Of a DNA stretch of 64,000 bases, positions 10,192 to 21,100 are shown piece by piece. The first letter of the stretch is position 1, and each line of letters opens with the position of its first letter. Under the pieces are notes generated by a model. The model saw nothing but the letters and a program-made list of their open reading frames with translations, was not told the DNA's origin and ran no database searches. The DNA is from Spirochaetia bacterium (GTDB taxonomy: Bacteria; Spirochaetota; Spirochaetia; SZUA-6; Bin103): NCBI GenBank assembly GCA_965208575.1, contig CBDBOV010000001.1, positions 128,001 to 192,000 on the forward strand, given 5' to 3'. Position numbers and translations under genes: made by a program.

Positions 10192-11169
10192 ATGAAACCC
10201 GTCACCATTTCATTGCTAGCAGCTCTCATCGCTATTTCTGTGGTTGCTGGCTGTCGTGGAAGCGTCTCGAAACCGGAACCAGAACAACAGATCCCGGAAA
10301 CGCCGGAGACTCCAGAAGAGCCAAAATCACCAGAGACTCCAGGACAGCCGGAAACGCCGGACGAGCCAAATGAGCCGGAAGAACCAGGAACACCGGAGGA
10401 ACCGGAAGAGCCGATAGAACCGGAAGAACCAGGAGAACCAACGGTACCAACGGCTCCACCTACGTCACCTACTACACCGCCAGTGCAACCAGAGGAGCCG
10501 GAACCTCTCCCGTTGGTAACAATCAGCGCGATCGGCGGTACTATTACCGAAGGAGAGACCGCGCAATTCAAGGTCACGTCAACGCCGGCGCCAGAATCTG
10601 ATCTTGAAGTGAAGCTGTCGGTGACCGACATAGGAAACCTCCTGAATCGGAGGGGTGTATCGACAACGACGATTTCGGCAAACCAAGAAACAGTCACTAT
10701 TTCAACTTCTACAAAGTCAAGCGGTGGAACTCCCGGCAAGGTATACAATCATGATGGAGCGATATTTGTGACCGTTTCTTCGAGCGACGACTACGTGACA
10801 GATTCTTCTGATACCGCCGCTGTATTAGTGAAGGACGTGCACAAGGACCCGGACGACATCTACAGTATCAATGTATCGGTAACTCCGAATCCAATTGAGT
10901 TCGAAAAATCACTGCAAATAACCTATACCAGCGACGTAGATGGCCCGCTGTTCTTCAATCCAGCATATCGCTACATGCCTTCGCGACATATACGCAAGCA
11001 GTTTTTCAGGCTGGAGTCGATTGACGAAGATGGTCATTTTGCACAACACTCCGTGATATATGGAACTTCAACCGATCGTTTCTTGGCCGTCTACATTGAC
11101 AACATATACTCCCCAGAGAACCTTGGATTCGGCGACCGGACGTTGGTGATAGTACCAATTCGTCGTTAG
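10192..11169 (+). CDS. Lipoprotein with Pro/Glu-rich linker and Calx-beta-like domain
   Basis: Lipobox VVAGC; PETPE/EEP repeats; VTISA...ITEGETAQFKVT. Confidence 0.8.
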   Translation: MKPVTISLLAALIAISVVAGCRGSVSKPEPEQQIPETPETPEEPKSPETPGQPETPDEPNEPEEPGTPEEPEEPIEPEEPGEPTVPTAPPTSPTTPPVQPEEPEPLPLVTISAIGGTITEGETAQFKVTSTPAPESDLEVKLSVTDIGNLLNRRGVSTTTISANQETVTISTSTKSSGGTPGKVYNHDGAIFVTVSSSDDYVTDSSDTAAVLVKDVHKDPDDIYSINVSVTPNPIEFEKSLQITYTSDVDGPLFFNPAYRYMPSRHIRKQFFRLESIDEDGHFAQHSVIYGTSTDRFLAVYIDNIYSPENLGFGDRTLVIVPIRR

Positions 11170-11448
11170 GTGGTTTACACCGGCCCGGGGCCGGCGCAGT
11201 CATGGAAGAAGAAAGGATGAGGTACGCTAAGCGCACGGTATTCCGAGAGTGAGGCGCGGCAACACCGCCACCTGCACGATCTGGGCTGCGTCCCGAACGA
11301 TATAGTGGGGTTCCTGGACTTCTACGAAGCGCGCCGAACGCGTATCGTAGAAAGGCTACGCGACTTGCTCGCGTCCGACGCCACAGGGAACGGGAACTAG
11401 CATGACGAGTCGCCAAGAGGGCTATTCTAATGCGGAAGGACGGTTACA

Positions 11449-11844
11449 GTGGAAAACGTGAAGATCGCGGCGTTGATCGGCCGCGCGCCGTGGAGGGAGG
11501 CGATCACCTTCCGGGACACATGGCCCCACGAGTACGTGCTCAGCCGCAAGGACGGTCAGAATGAGTTGATCGAGTTGGTCTGTGCCCGCCTCCGCGCCGG
11601 CGAAGGAGTTGATGGCACCTTCTATGGTAGGCCGAACACGTACCTGTTTGTCGGCCGCTACAAGTACTGGCTCATGACCCATTGGGACTTTGTCGACCTT
11701 AACGACGGACAGGACTACGTGCTGAATCGAGCGCATCTGTATCGCGATCGACGTGATTTCGTCATTCAAAGTGGGGACACAGGGAAGCGCGAGGATTATC
11801 CCGCCAAGCCAGCGGGACCAATTCAACGCGTAGACCAGCGATAG
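11449..11844 (+). CDS. Hypothetical protein
   Basis: 131-aa ORF, WPHEY motif, AAGGA RBS. Confidence 0.6.
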   Translation: MENVKIAALIGRAPWREAITFRDTWPHEYVLSRKDGQNELIELVCARLRAGEGVDGTFYGRPNTYLFVGRYKYWLMTHWDFVDLNDGQDYVLNRAHLYRDRRDFVIQSGDTGKREDYPAKPAGPIQRVDQR

Positions 11845-11928
11845 CAAGGATGCATACGCATTCAACTGGGGTATGGCGCCGTGTGCGCCGCTGGAGATGG
11901 GAGATCGCCGAATGGCGAGTCAACGAAA

Positions 11929-12340
11929 CTACCGGTAGTATTCCCCCGGGTCGGCGGTTCGCAGACTCGCCAGTGCCGCCAGCACCCGGTCGACGGCGGT
12001 GGCGTCCCACGGTGGCGGCCACCGGCAACCGCTCAGATCCTCCAGCAGCAACAGCGGCCGTTCGCCGTCGTCCCAGCCGCGCACCCGCGGCATGAAGTCG
12101 CCCTGCAGCGCTGCGTATACCCGCTGTTCCGTTCGCAGCCCATCCGCGGTCAACGGGTCGACAGCGATCTTGGCGAACGCGCTCGAGCGATCGGCGAGCG
12201 CCACGATCCAGCGCTGCGCAGGGGTGTAACCGCGGAGCGCGCGGCGGAAGCTGACCGCGCGCTGTCCTGCCAAGGCGCCGATACGGGAAATGTCCACCCC
12301 GGCCGGCTGGGCGGTGCCGGCGTCTCGACCCATTTCCCCA
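11929..12340 (-). pseudogene. Phosphotransferase/kinase-fold protein, N-terminal fragment
   Basis: RGYTPA..W.V..DRSSAFAKIA, PLLLLEDLS; no catalytic HxD motif before the stop. Confidence 0.55.
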
Positions 12341-12490
12341 TGGTACCCTTGCGAACGAGAGCAGGGTAGGCGGATGCGTCCAGCACGCTGGCGCGGCGGT
12401 TTCCACGCCGAGGCGCCACGAGGCCATTGATCGCTCCGGGTCACGTCGGACGGGTTCGTGGTCGGTACAGCGTCGCTGCCGCGTCATAGC

Positions 12491-12578
12491 GCGCGGGTTC
12501 GGTGGGTAGCACGCTTGCCCGCGTCAGCAGCCCTCGAAGCGCTTCAAGGTGGCTCTCGTCTTGTGCGCCTGCGAGTAC
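12491..12578. repeat. Dispersed repeat (second copy ~16660-16746)
   Basis: gcgcgggttcggtggg..gc.cgct.gccc...cagcagccctcgaagcg.ttcaaggtg is shared. Confidence 0.75.
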
Positions 12579-12650
12579 CTCCATCCGGATCGCATCGCAG
12601 ATCGCGAGGTCGCCGTCCAACTCGGCGTGGTATGTAGTGTGTGTACCGCG

Positions 12651-13169
12651 CTACGACACCGCGTCGCAGTGTGCCAGCTCCCAGCCGTGGAAGACCAGCG
12701 CCAGCCCCGTGAACCGCACGCCCGGAAACTGCCGCGCCAGCCGCTCGTCCGCCAGGTAGCGCGCGAGTTGGGTGGTCGCGTCGCTCACCGCCGCCGCCAC
12801 GGCGTCCCGGTCCGCCGACTCGCCGCGCTGAGAGCGCCTATGGCGATCGAGGTACTTCAGCTCGATCAGGTAGCCGTGCCGCAGGTGCGGGAAGCGCGCG
12901 AGCAACGGCTCCAGGCTGATGTCCGCATGTCCCTTTCCCAGTTCCGCCTCGGAGCGGAACCAGTCGGCCGCGTAGCCCTCGGTCACGTCGGTGGGCCGGG
13001 CGTGGTTGACCAGCCGCTTGGTCGGCGACCGCGGCAGCGTCAACTCGCGGTCGGCGATCGTGATCAGGCAGTTGCGGAAGCCGTGGAACCAGAACTTCCT
13101 GCCGCCCGCCCGCGAGATGCGGGCATAGAGGTGGGTGAGCACCGAGACGTGGCCCGACCGGCTCGCCGG
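12651..13169 (-). pseudogene. Integrase fragment F2 fused in frame to the PD-(D/E)XK C-terminal domain of an AAA-ATPase-like gene
   Basis: HGFRN..LVNHA..EGYAADW joined to FRSEAELGKGHADI..YLIELKYL. Confidence 0.85.
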
Positions 13170-13253
13170 ACCGGTGGCTTTAATGCTGGACGGGTGGCTT
13201 CCTTGAAAACGGATCAGTGGCTCTTTTGCACCGGATTATGCAGTTAAATCGGT

Positions 13254-13913
13254 CTACACGAATCCCTCGTCGACAAGTTGGCTCCCGCCCGGCGTGATTT
13301 CGTGGCGTTGGCCTGATCCTCCGACGATCCGGCACCAACTCTCCGAAATGAGCTTGGGGCGGACACCTCCCGCCTCCAGTCGGTAGCTGAACCCGCCTGC
13401 CATGCCTGGTACCGCGAACCACATCTTGGGCACATCCAACTCCAACAGTGGCTCCAACTCTGGCAACCGGAGTCCGTGCTCCTTGATGAGCTGTTCGGCC
13501 CGACCACGCATGACGGTGTGGAAGTGAGCTTGCATCTTCAGAAGCATTCCAAGAGGCACGGGGTGCCTGTGCACGGGAGTTAGCGTACCGAGCAGATGTC
13601 GATGACCGCGACCGTCGGCGACGTCTACGGGACGCTCGCCGCGAGCGTTCTGATACGTGCGCCAAGCTCCGAAACCGATCAACTTCCGGACCACGGTGAC
13701 TGGAGCACCGTGCCAAGCAGCTTGGTGGAGCGGCGCGTACCAGGCAGATCCACCGGGTCGGGTAGAGTTGATCCACTCTCGATTTCTGGACAGCAACTCG
13801 AATACGCGGGGCCAATCGCCAGTGTTGGCAGCGTCGGCCAACGCCTCGCGCGTTCTCGCTGCTTCGTCGGTCAGCGTTCGGGGTTGGGTGATTCCATCCC
13901 AAATGGTATCCAT
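13254..13913 (-). CDS. Ankyrin-repeat-containing protein
   Basis: APLHQAAWHG...VVRKLIGFGA...GERPVDVA; AGGAGG RBS. Confidence 0.8.
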   Translation of the reverse strand: MDTIWDGITQPRTLTDEAARTREALADAANTGDWPRVFELLSRNREWINSTRPGGSAWYAPLHQAAWHGAPVTVVRKLIGFGAWRTYQNARGERPVDVADGRGHRHLLGTLTPVHRHPVPLGMLLKMQAHFHTVMRGRAEQLIKEHGLRLPELEPLLELDVPKMWFAVPGMAGGFSYRLEAGGVRPKLISESWCRIVGGSGQRHEITPGGSQLVDEGFV

Positions 13914-14084
13914 GTCGCACCTCCTGCAACGCTAGGCACTCGCGGTGTCCGAAGGACATCGTCGACGGGAAGCTTCCCGCGAGTCGCTGGCATTCAACAC
14001 AACATTACGCCGCAGCCCCGGCGCGTCAACGGCGGCGTGGTCTTCGTCGGTCGCACGCGCGGTGTGGAGCGACAATCAGGATGA

Positions 14085-14320
14085 GAGCGCGCCAGGCTAA
14101 CTGGCGGAGGGGTAAGGGTGAGAGTCCCTGGAAAGAAGGATGAGCCAGTCTACGATTCACCGCGAGCCGTGCAGCGATATCCGTGAGGGTGTCGGTGAAG
14201 CGTCGGTAGCGGAGCGTGTGGGCAGGGTATTGAGCGCCGAAACTGATATGTTCCCGAATGTGCCGAGGCTCTTCTCATGGTCGAAGGCAATATCGGGTGC
14301 GCCGCTATGGCGAGGCGCAG
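14085..14320 (+). ncRNA. Group II intron 5' fragment (domain I), no RT or domain V
   Basis: ggtgagagtccc..gaagg..cgagccgtgc..ccgtgaggg..gaagcgtcggtag..attgagc..gaaa..gtgccga..gaaggcaatat follows bacterial group II domain I. Confidence 0.65.
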
Positions 14321-14439
14321 CTGCGCAGCCAGCGCCCGGATGCCAGACCAAGCGCCAGAAACTCCGCCGGTGCCGCTGCCACCCGCCGCCAGCTCCCGCC
14401 GCGACCGCGATCGGCAGCGCTCAACGGCGGCATGCTGGT

Positions 14440-15240
14440 ACCGTATCGTCCTGCTCGGCTACGATCCGCGCCTGCAGCGACCGGAGAACATCGTGCACTT
14501 CTTCCACGACGTGTGCGGCGACGTACGGATTACGCCGGAGGTGTTGGCACGGCGCACCGCCACCTGTCGGCGGTGGCTGGACAGCTACGCCGAGCAGCAC
14601 AGGGTGACGGTCCTGACGGCGCCGAAGGGTGTCCGCAAGGAGCAGGTGGTCGCGCCCTACTACCGCTCGTTCAAGGCTGACGCCGGCGTGGTCGTGATCC
14701 TCAAAAGCATGGAGCAGAGCCCCACCTTCATCTCCTATGAACCGCGTCATACCCCGCCGAGCGGCGATGATTTACCGGGTCATCAAGCGCGCCCGCAAGC
14801 GATTCCTGCATTACTATTCTACGTTCTGGACCCGATCATGGGGCCGATGAGCCTGTGTGTTGCATCCTATCTGCCGTTCTCGGTGAATTGCTTCATGAAC
14901 GGCCACTCCTACGTCGCCGCCGAACTGCACCACGCCGGCGTACCGTTGCGCATGCAGGACAACGCCATCGTGGCTGCGCCGATCCCGAACTGCTGGCCAC
15001 CATCGCCGACCGTCTGGACGAACGCATCCTGCACCCAGCGCGCGAGCTACTGGGCAACCCGCTTGGCGCCACGGTTTAGTGCCCGCGAGCGCGCAAGATG
15101 CCAACTCGCCTATCAGTGGTCAGTGGCGCAGATCGAATTCGCCCGCGATGTGATCTTCAAGCGCCGCGCGCGGCTGCATGATCTGTTCCAGCGCGCGGTC
15201 GAGATTGGCGTCGCCGTCGGTGGCGCGACCCAGACCCGCG
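14440..15240 (+). pseudogene. Putative transposase fragment (frameshifted)
   Basis: QRPENIVHFFHDV..FYVLDPIMGPMSLCVASYLPF..MNGH..QIEFARDVIFK; family assignment from memory only. Confidence 0.5.
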
Positions 15241-15271
15241 TATTCATACAGATTCGCGTCTCAGTTCTTCT

Positions 15272-16118
15272 ACGGGCCGGCCTCCAGGATGGCGTCTATG
15301 CGGTCGGCGATGAGTTGGGCCGGCCCACGGAGCTGGCCGATGGTCCAGTCGGCCACGTAGCCCTCGGTCACGTCGGTGGGCCGGGCGTGGTTGACCAGCC
15401 GCTTGGTCAGCGACCGCGGCAGGGTCAACTCGCGGTCGGCGATGGTGATCAGGCAGTTGCGGAAGCCGTGGAACCAGAACTTCCTGCCGCCCGCGCGCGA
15501 GATGCGGGCATAGAGGTGGGTGAGCACCGAGACGTGTCCCGACCGGCTCGCCGGCGACGGGAACACGCAGCCGGTGCCGCCGGTCTCGCTGCGCCGCCAT
15601 TCCAGGATCGCCGCAAGCTGCCGGGTGATCGGCAGTTCGAGCGGGGTGCCGGTCTTGGTGTGCGGCACGTGCCCGACGCCGCGCGCCAGGTCCACGCGCT
15701 CCCAGCGCAGCGTCAGTATCTCACCCCGTCGCATCTCGGAGTACATCGCAACCCAGAAGATGGAGCGGGTCGGCGGGTCCTTCACCACCGCCTCGATGCC
15801 GCGCTGCCAGTAGGGCAGCGCTTCCGCGGGCGATGCGATCACCCGCCGCACGATCGGGTTGAATCGCCCGCCCGCCGCCAGCCACAGGTCGACCGGGTTG
15901 CGCAGCCCCTCGTGATCGACACAGGCGCGGCGGTAGACGGAGCGCAGGAGCGAAGTGACCTGGTTGCCGAATCGCCCAGCCGTGGTTGCTGGTGAGCAGG
16001 GCGAAGCGCGCCTCCACCTCGTGGCGCTCGATGGCGTTCAGCGGGCGCGGCACCCAGTCGGCGAGATGGTGCTTGATGGCGCGGCGTTAGGCGTCACCGG
16101 TCTTCGCCGAGCGGGAGG
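15272..16118 (-). pseudogene. Integrase fragment F3 (catalytic domain open in ORF 15270-15851)
   Basis: Matches ~51869-52715. Confidence 0.9.
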
Positions 16119-16834
16119 ACGGGCGGGGGTGTCAAGATTCAACCCGAAACCTCAGCCTACGCCGTCGCGGGGCGACAGTAAAGCGAGGGTCGGCGGGCGT
16201 CTGGCGGGCGTCAGTGTCCGATAACGCGCATTCGCTTTGGAGCCAGTTACTGGATGCTGTCGAACTGGACGTCCGCGTGGACGGCGGTGTGCGACCGCTC
16301 TCCAGCCTCGCGACCGCCGACTAAGTAGTCTTCATCCGCGCCGCCAGACCGCTTGTACAGTTCGGCAAGCGTGCTCATTTTCGGTCTCTCGCCGTCGGCG
16401 TCCGCCGGGTCTTCTTCATGTACGCTTGCACCTCCACGCCCCGCCGATCCTTCGTAGCGATATACAGTGCCCGGCGCGATGCCGTCCCGACCGCTGAAGG
16501 GCATTTCCCAAACGGGCAAGTGCCTGAAATGCGGGGCGCCGACTCACGTCGACGCGATGCAGCACCGCTACGCCGGCACCGATCGCGACGGGCGGCGATC
16601 CGCCGCACCGTCTCGCCTTCACGGCGGCAGCGGCGGTACAGTCTCGCCACCCCGTCGTAGTGCGCGGGTTCGGTGGGCAGCTCGCTCGCCCGGCCAGCAG
16701 CCCTCGAAGCGTTCAAGGTGCTCTCGTCTCGCGCTTCGGCGAGTACTTACATACGCATCGCGCTCAGACCTGCCGTAGCGTCAGCAAGCCGTCAGAGTGC
16801 GACAGGAAGGAAAATGAGAGGACGACAAGGTCAA

Positions 16835-18010
16835 TCAGCGTGGCTGGGTCTGTAGCTGCCAGTCGCTCGTGTAATAGGCCTTCAGATCTCCCTTTCCCTG
16901 ATTGTCCCGGTAGTACAGAACGGATTGCGACGGCCCTCTGTCCTCTCCCAAGTGAATGTTGTCCGTCCACCGCGCCAAGCTGATCCTGACGAGTTCCAAC
17001 CGATCGTCCCGAACTGACTGAATATCCTTGATGTCGGCTTCCGTTGTCTTGCGCTCCTTCCTCCGAAAGACATTCGACTTCCACCACCCCATGTTGTCCA
17101 CGGAAGCCTGCATCTCTTCCTGATAGCGCTTCACCGAGTCATTCTCCAATAGCTGTCTGAAATGACCTTCATATCGGTCTATCTTGTCGTTCAGCATGGA
17201 AAAGCTTCTAGGAACATCATCTGGATTGTCTTGAAGCGCCAGTTTCAGCCGCAGGCCGTCCACCTGTATGTCAGCAAGACTCGAGGTGACGAACAGCTCG
17301 ATTTCGGTAGGCTTGAGCCTAGCTGACATCTTCGAGCCGACGCGCTCTCTTGAGAGAATGTTGTATCTGTGGTGGAGGACGTTTACATCTCGTTCTACTA
17401 TCGCCATACGAATCTTCATCTCGTCGGTAAACCGTCTGGATTCGTGGAACTCCTGCGAGAGATCCTCGAGACGCTCCAATGCACTCATAAGGATACCGTA
17501 ATCGCCGGTTATGTCTCTCTTGATCAGCACCTCCACCGCATGAGCAAGTTTGACCAAGGAGGCCTGAATCTGATCGAACCTAACGGACATCATCATCGAT
17601 GACAAAACCATGAAAAACATTACGGGTGCGACGACTGGGATGATAGCGCCGCTTGCAGCGATGAACGGTGCTTGGGCGACTATCTTGCCACCTGACCCGA
17701 CTATCGCAGACAAGACGCCTCCACCATGCGCCATCAATGTAGATGCGTTGGCTGACGCGAAGAAAATGTTACCCGCGAACAGCGACGACGCAACGGTAGA
17801 ACCGACGCCGATGACGGGAAGACACTCCGGTCCCAAGATTCCTCCGGACCGGAACGGTTCACCGTGAGTGAGAATATTGGTATCGATCTCTTTTCTCAGT
17901 TCACCGCTCAAGTTCGTGCCGAGGTCGATCATTGCCAACTGCTGTCCTTCAACGTGAGCGATCTGCCCGACCGGACCCTTGGGTACTCTCCGATGCCGAA
18001 TAAACCTCAT
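16835..18010 (-). CDS. Hypothetical protein with hydrophobic segment and coiled-coil
   Basis: Long lower-GC ORF; start codon uncertain. Confidence 0.7.
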   Translation of the reverse strand: MRFIRHRRVPKGPVGQIAHVEGQQLAMIDLGTNLSGELRKEIDTNILTHGEPFRSGGILGPECLPVIGVGSTVASSLFAGNIFFASANASTLMAHGGGVLSAIVGSGGKIVAQAPFIAASGAIIPVVAPVMFFMVLSSMMMSVRFDQIQASLVKLAHAVEVLIKRDITGDYGILMSALERLEDLSQEFHESRRFTDEMKIRMAIVERDVNVLHHRYNILSRERVGSKMSARLKPTEIELFVTSSLADIQVDGLRLKLALQDNPDDVPRSFSMLNDKIDRYEGHFRQLLENDSVKRYQEEMQASVDNMGWWKSNVFRRKERKTTEADIKDIQSVRDDRLELVRISLARWTDNIHLGEDRGPSQSVLYYRDNQGKGDLKAYYTSDWQLQTQPR

Positions 18011-18397
18011 GGATGCGCTCCCGTACCTCAATGAAACAAATGATGCTGGCCGGATACGCCAGATCCGGACGAATAAAAGTATAAGAGGACTCTCTTGCCG
18101 CTCAGGACTGTATCAACCTGACGCCAGAGTGTAAAGACGATCTGGCACAAAATGTCCGTATCGAGCGAGGTCCGTCAATAGGTGTGGTGTATAAACAAGA
18201 TCAGGCGGCGGCCTCCAAGGACGTACCACAAGGAGCGGAGTGTTGACGCCTACGTCCCACCCGTTACGTGTTCGGGACACCCACGCCGCGTCGTCGGCGA
18301 CTGCACTTCCCTGGCGCTCGTGCTCGGCTATCGAACTCACTTGGTTCACCACGCCTCTTGTTGGACCTGCAAGCAATCTTGGGCGCGAGATCACGGA

Positions 18398-18470
18398 GTG
18401 TTCAACGGTAGAGAGTGTCTATTTTCAGTATCAGGTGGACAGCCGCTCGGACTACCAATCCGGTAGAGTG
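18398..18470 (-). promoter_or_regulatory. Conserved upstream element, copy D
   Basis: Reverse complement ctctaccggattggtagtc...aaatagacactctctaccgttgaaca; faces CDS 18010. Confidence 0.55.
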
Positions 18471-18488
18471 TGGAGGGATGCAACGCGA

Positions 18489-18765
18489 GCGCGAGGTGCG
18501 GGCGTAGAGGAGGTGGGTGAGCACCGAGACGTGGCCCGACCTGCTCGCCGGCGAAGGGAACACCCAGCCGTTGCCGCCGGTCTCGCTACGCCACCATTCC
18601 AGGGTCGTCGCAAGCTGCCGGGTAGTCGGCAGTTCGAGCGGCGTACGGGTCTTGGTGTGTGCGGAACGTGCACGACCCCGCGCGCCAGGTCCACGCGCTC
18701 CCAGCGTAGCGCCAATGTCTCGCCCCGCCGCATCCCGGAGTACATTGCACCCAGAAGGTCGAGCG
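18489..18765 (-). pseudogene. Integrase fragment F4
   Basis: Degenerate match to ~52088-52363. Confidence 0.85.
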
Positions 18766-18887
18766 AGCCGGAGCGGTTCTTGCTGCTGCCGACCATCGGC
18801 GGTGACTGCCCCGAAGACATCCACCTGCTCGCCGGCGACGGCTGCCCCTAACGTGGCTTGAACTACCAACCTCCCGAACCCACGGCA

Positions 18888-19319
18888 CTACGCCGCTCGC
18901 GTGGCAACCGTAAGGCGCTGGCCCAGTGCATGGAGCGCCGTCTCGACTTGGCCGACGTGCGATCGGTGGTCGAGGTCGATCAGCCGCCGCACCGCGCCTT
19001 CGCTCAGCCCGAGCCGCTCCGCGAGCGCGGTATCGCTGACGCCCTGCTCGCGCATCGCGCCGTAGAGCGCAATCTTGGTGGCAACCAGCACCGGCAGCGC
19101 GACTGCCGTCCGCCCGCGAACCGGGGACGGCGCGGGAATCGGCTGGCGGCCCTCCACATACCCGCCAAGGGCGGCTATCACGCAGTCCTGCGCCTCCGCC
19201 AGCGCGTCGGCTTCCGTCGCCCCTTCGGTCAACGCCTCCGGGATGTCCGGGAACGAGACGAGGATCGACCCGTCCTCCTGCCGTTGCAGGTCCGCCGGCC
19301 AGACCAGTGTCTGCGTCAT
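18888..19319 (-). CDS. hicB: HicB-family antitoxin
   Basis: ILVSFPDIPEALTEG.T..DALAEAQD, C-terminal HTH; AGGAGG RBS. Confidence 0.9.
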   Translation of the reverse strand: MTQTLVWPADLQRQEDGSILVSFPDIPEALTEGATEADALAEAQDCVIAALGGYVEGRQPIPAPSPVRGRTAVALPVLVATKIALYGAMREQGVSDTALAERLGLSEGAVRRLIDLDHRSHVGQVETALHALGQRLTVATRAA

Positions 19320-19336
19320 CGTGCCCTCCTTTGCGC

Positions 19337-19515
19337 TCAGAGATCGTCACGGCTCAGCCCGAGCTGCCGGAGCATCGCCGCCAAGAGCCCCGCTCCGATC
19401 TCCTTCCGCCGGTTCTTGATCGTCGTGAACCGTCCGCCGTATTACAGCCGCCCATGGCTTCCCTTGCCTGCACGAGGGTCGAACCGTACCGCAACCCCAC
19501 GCTCGCTCCCCAGCT
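19337..19515 (-). pseudogene. hicA: HicA toxin, 5'-truncated with internal stop
   Basis: VRFDPRAGKGSHGRL*YGGRFTTIK..EIGAGLLAAMLRQLGL; TAA at 19442-19444. Confidence 0.8.
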
Positions 19516-19991
19516 GGCCGTGGCGAGACCGTGGAGCCCCTCGGTGGCATTATCACAGGTACGAGTTTCGTCGTCTCTCTCGATCCAGTCCCTGTCGATG
19601 TCGATGCGCACTCTGCTCAGGTCCATCTCGCCGTGGTCGACAAAGCCGCTGTCGGGGTGTCCGATGAGGACTCCCGCTCCAGGCCGCAGTCGGTGGTCGC
19701 GTGGTTGCAGAGCGGGCGCACCCCGCCGTCCACGCGGATGCTGGAGAGGCCGCGGCGGCGACGGGGACTCGGCTGCGGATCCAGTTTGACAGCATCCGGT
19801 AAACCTCCCGCCGGTCGCAACGGGTCAACTGGCCCCCTCTGCACCGTCAGGGTGGGTGCATCATGTGCAAATGAGGAGTGTTATTGTCACAATCAAAGTA
19901 GGGTTCGGGTGCGTGCTTGGTCGTGCGCCTGATACCACGGTTAATAGGCGGCTTGATTGCCGCATCGCTCGCGCCGCCGTATGCTGCCGGC

Positions 19992-20225
19992 ATGAGTGAG
20001 GTTATTGCCTCTGGACGCGCCGAAGCCTTACCGGCGACCAGGATGAGCGGGCGCGTCACTGTGTCGCTTGACGCGGCGATGAACGAGCGCCTGGAGGAAC
20101 TGAGCGAGCGGTACAACGTCGCACGAGGAACCGTCGCGCGCGAGGCCATCGGCGCCGGACTCAAGGCCGTTCAGGAACGGCTGCGCCGCGCGGCAGGCTC
20201 GGCTGCACGCGGAAGCGGCAAGTGA
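19992..20225 (+). CDS. Ribbon-helix-helix (CopG-like) protein
   Basis: RVTVSLDAAMNERLEELSERYNVARGTVAREAI; TATGCT 6 nt upstream of the ATG. Confidence 0.7.
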   Translation: MSEVIASGRAEALPATRMSGRVTVSLDAAMNERLEELSERYNVARGTVAREAIGAGLKAVQERLRRAAGSAARGSGK

Positions 20226-20379
20226 GCACCGCCTGGACTATCCCGGCGGACGATCGCGCCCGCGCGGCAGACCGCGGAGCACGTCCGCGCGTGCAGTCTG
20301 TAGGCCGCGACCTTACCACCCCGCTGGACCATGAGGCGGCCGGCAATCCGGATGGCGCCGCCATGTTCGAGGCCGCACC

Positions 20380-20697
20380 GTGAGCGCCGAGGTCGTAGCC
20401 ATCGTCGGCGTTGGCGTGGCGCTGCTGGCCGTGCTGGTGCCGCTGCTGCTGACCGTGGCGGCCCGCTTGGAGCGGCGCATTGACACCCTGGCGGCCGAAC
20501 TGGCGTCGGCGCGCACCGAGCTACGCGCCGACGTGGCCGAGGTGCGCCGCGACCTGCACGCCGAGGCTACGGCCATCCGCGCCAACGTGCACGCCCTGGC
20601 AGAGCGGGTGGCGCGCATCGAAGGCACCATGAGCGGCCCCTGGCGCCCGGCGAACGGCAGTCCGGCGAGCACCCAGGGGGCGTCGTCGGCCGGCTGA
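20380..20697 (+). CDS. Small TM + coiled-coil protein
   Basis: Shares LRADVAEVRRDL..LAERVARIEG..GPWRP with its paralogs. Confidence 0.8.
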   Translation: MSAEVVAIVGVGVALLAVLVPLLLTVAARLERRIDTLAAELASARTELRADVAEVRRDLHAEATAIRANVHALAERVARIEGTMSGPWRPANGSPASTQGASSAG

Positions 20698-20931
20698 CGC
20701 TCGCTGCGTTAGCTACTCGTGCTCGGCGCCACGACTCAGGAAGTCGGACGGGTCATCGCGAGGAGTTTGGCGGCTCCGGCCGTTTGAGGACGCGCCACAG
20801 CGCTCGCTGCGCAGGCACACCGGCTACTTCGCGGCGACCACGATCCGGTTGCCGAACAAGATTTCGCTTTGGCTGGTCCCGTCGATAGCCTGCAACGTTC
20901 GCCGGACGGCATCTGACATATCCTCGGAGTG

Positions 20932-21090
20932 ATGGCGAGTAGCGGGAAGCCGCTCGCATGGCATGCGGGAGAGATCAAGACTCCGCCGTTCTCCCAGGCG
21001 GCGAGGATTGAAGCGGGAACGCTGCTGCGACGGCTTCAGCTCGGCGAACTCATCGGGCTCCCCCAATCGCGGCCGATGCCGTCGATATAA
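20932..21090 (+). pseudogene. RelE/Gp49-like toxin, truncated (second fragment ~34662-34755)
   Basis: KPLAW..GEIKTPPFSQAARIEAGTLLRRLQ.GE..GLPQSRPMPSI*; the C-terminal half is absent. Confidence 0.75.
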
Positions 21091-21100
21091 GGTGAGGCTG

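Noticed and set aside
10270-10510. Short tandem repeats here and at 24300-24380
   Set aside because: They encode Pro/Glu linkers of lipoproteins, not DNA-level elements
14277-15995. 572-aa ORF
   Set aside because: Concatenation of intron remnant, frameshifted transposase and antisense integrase
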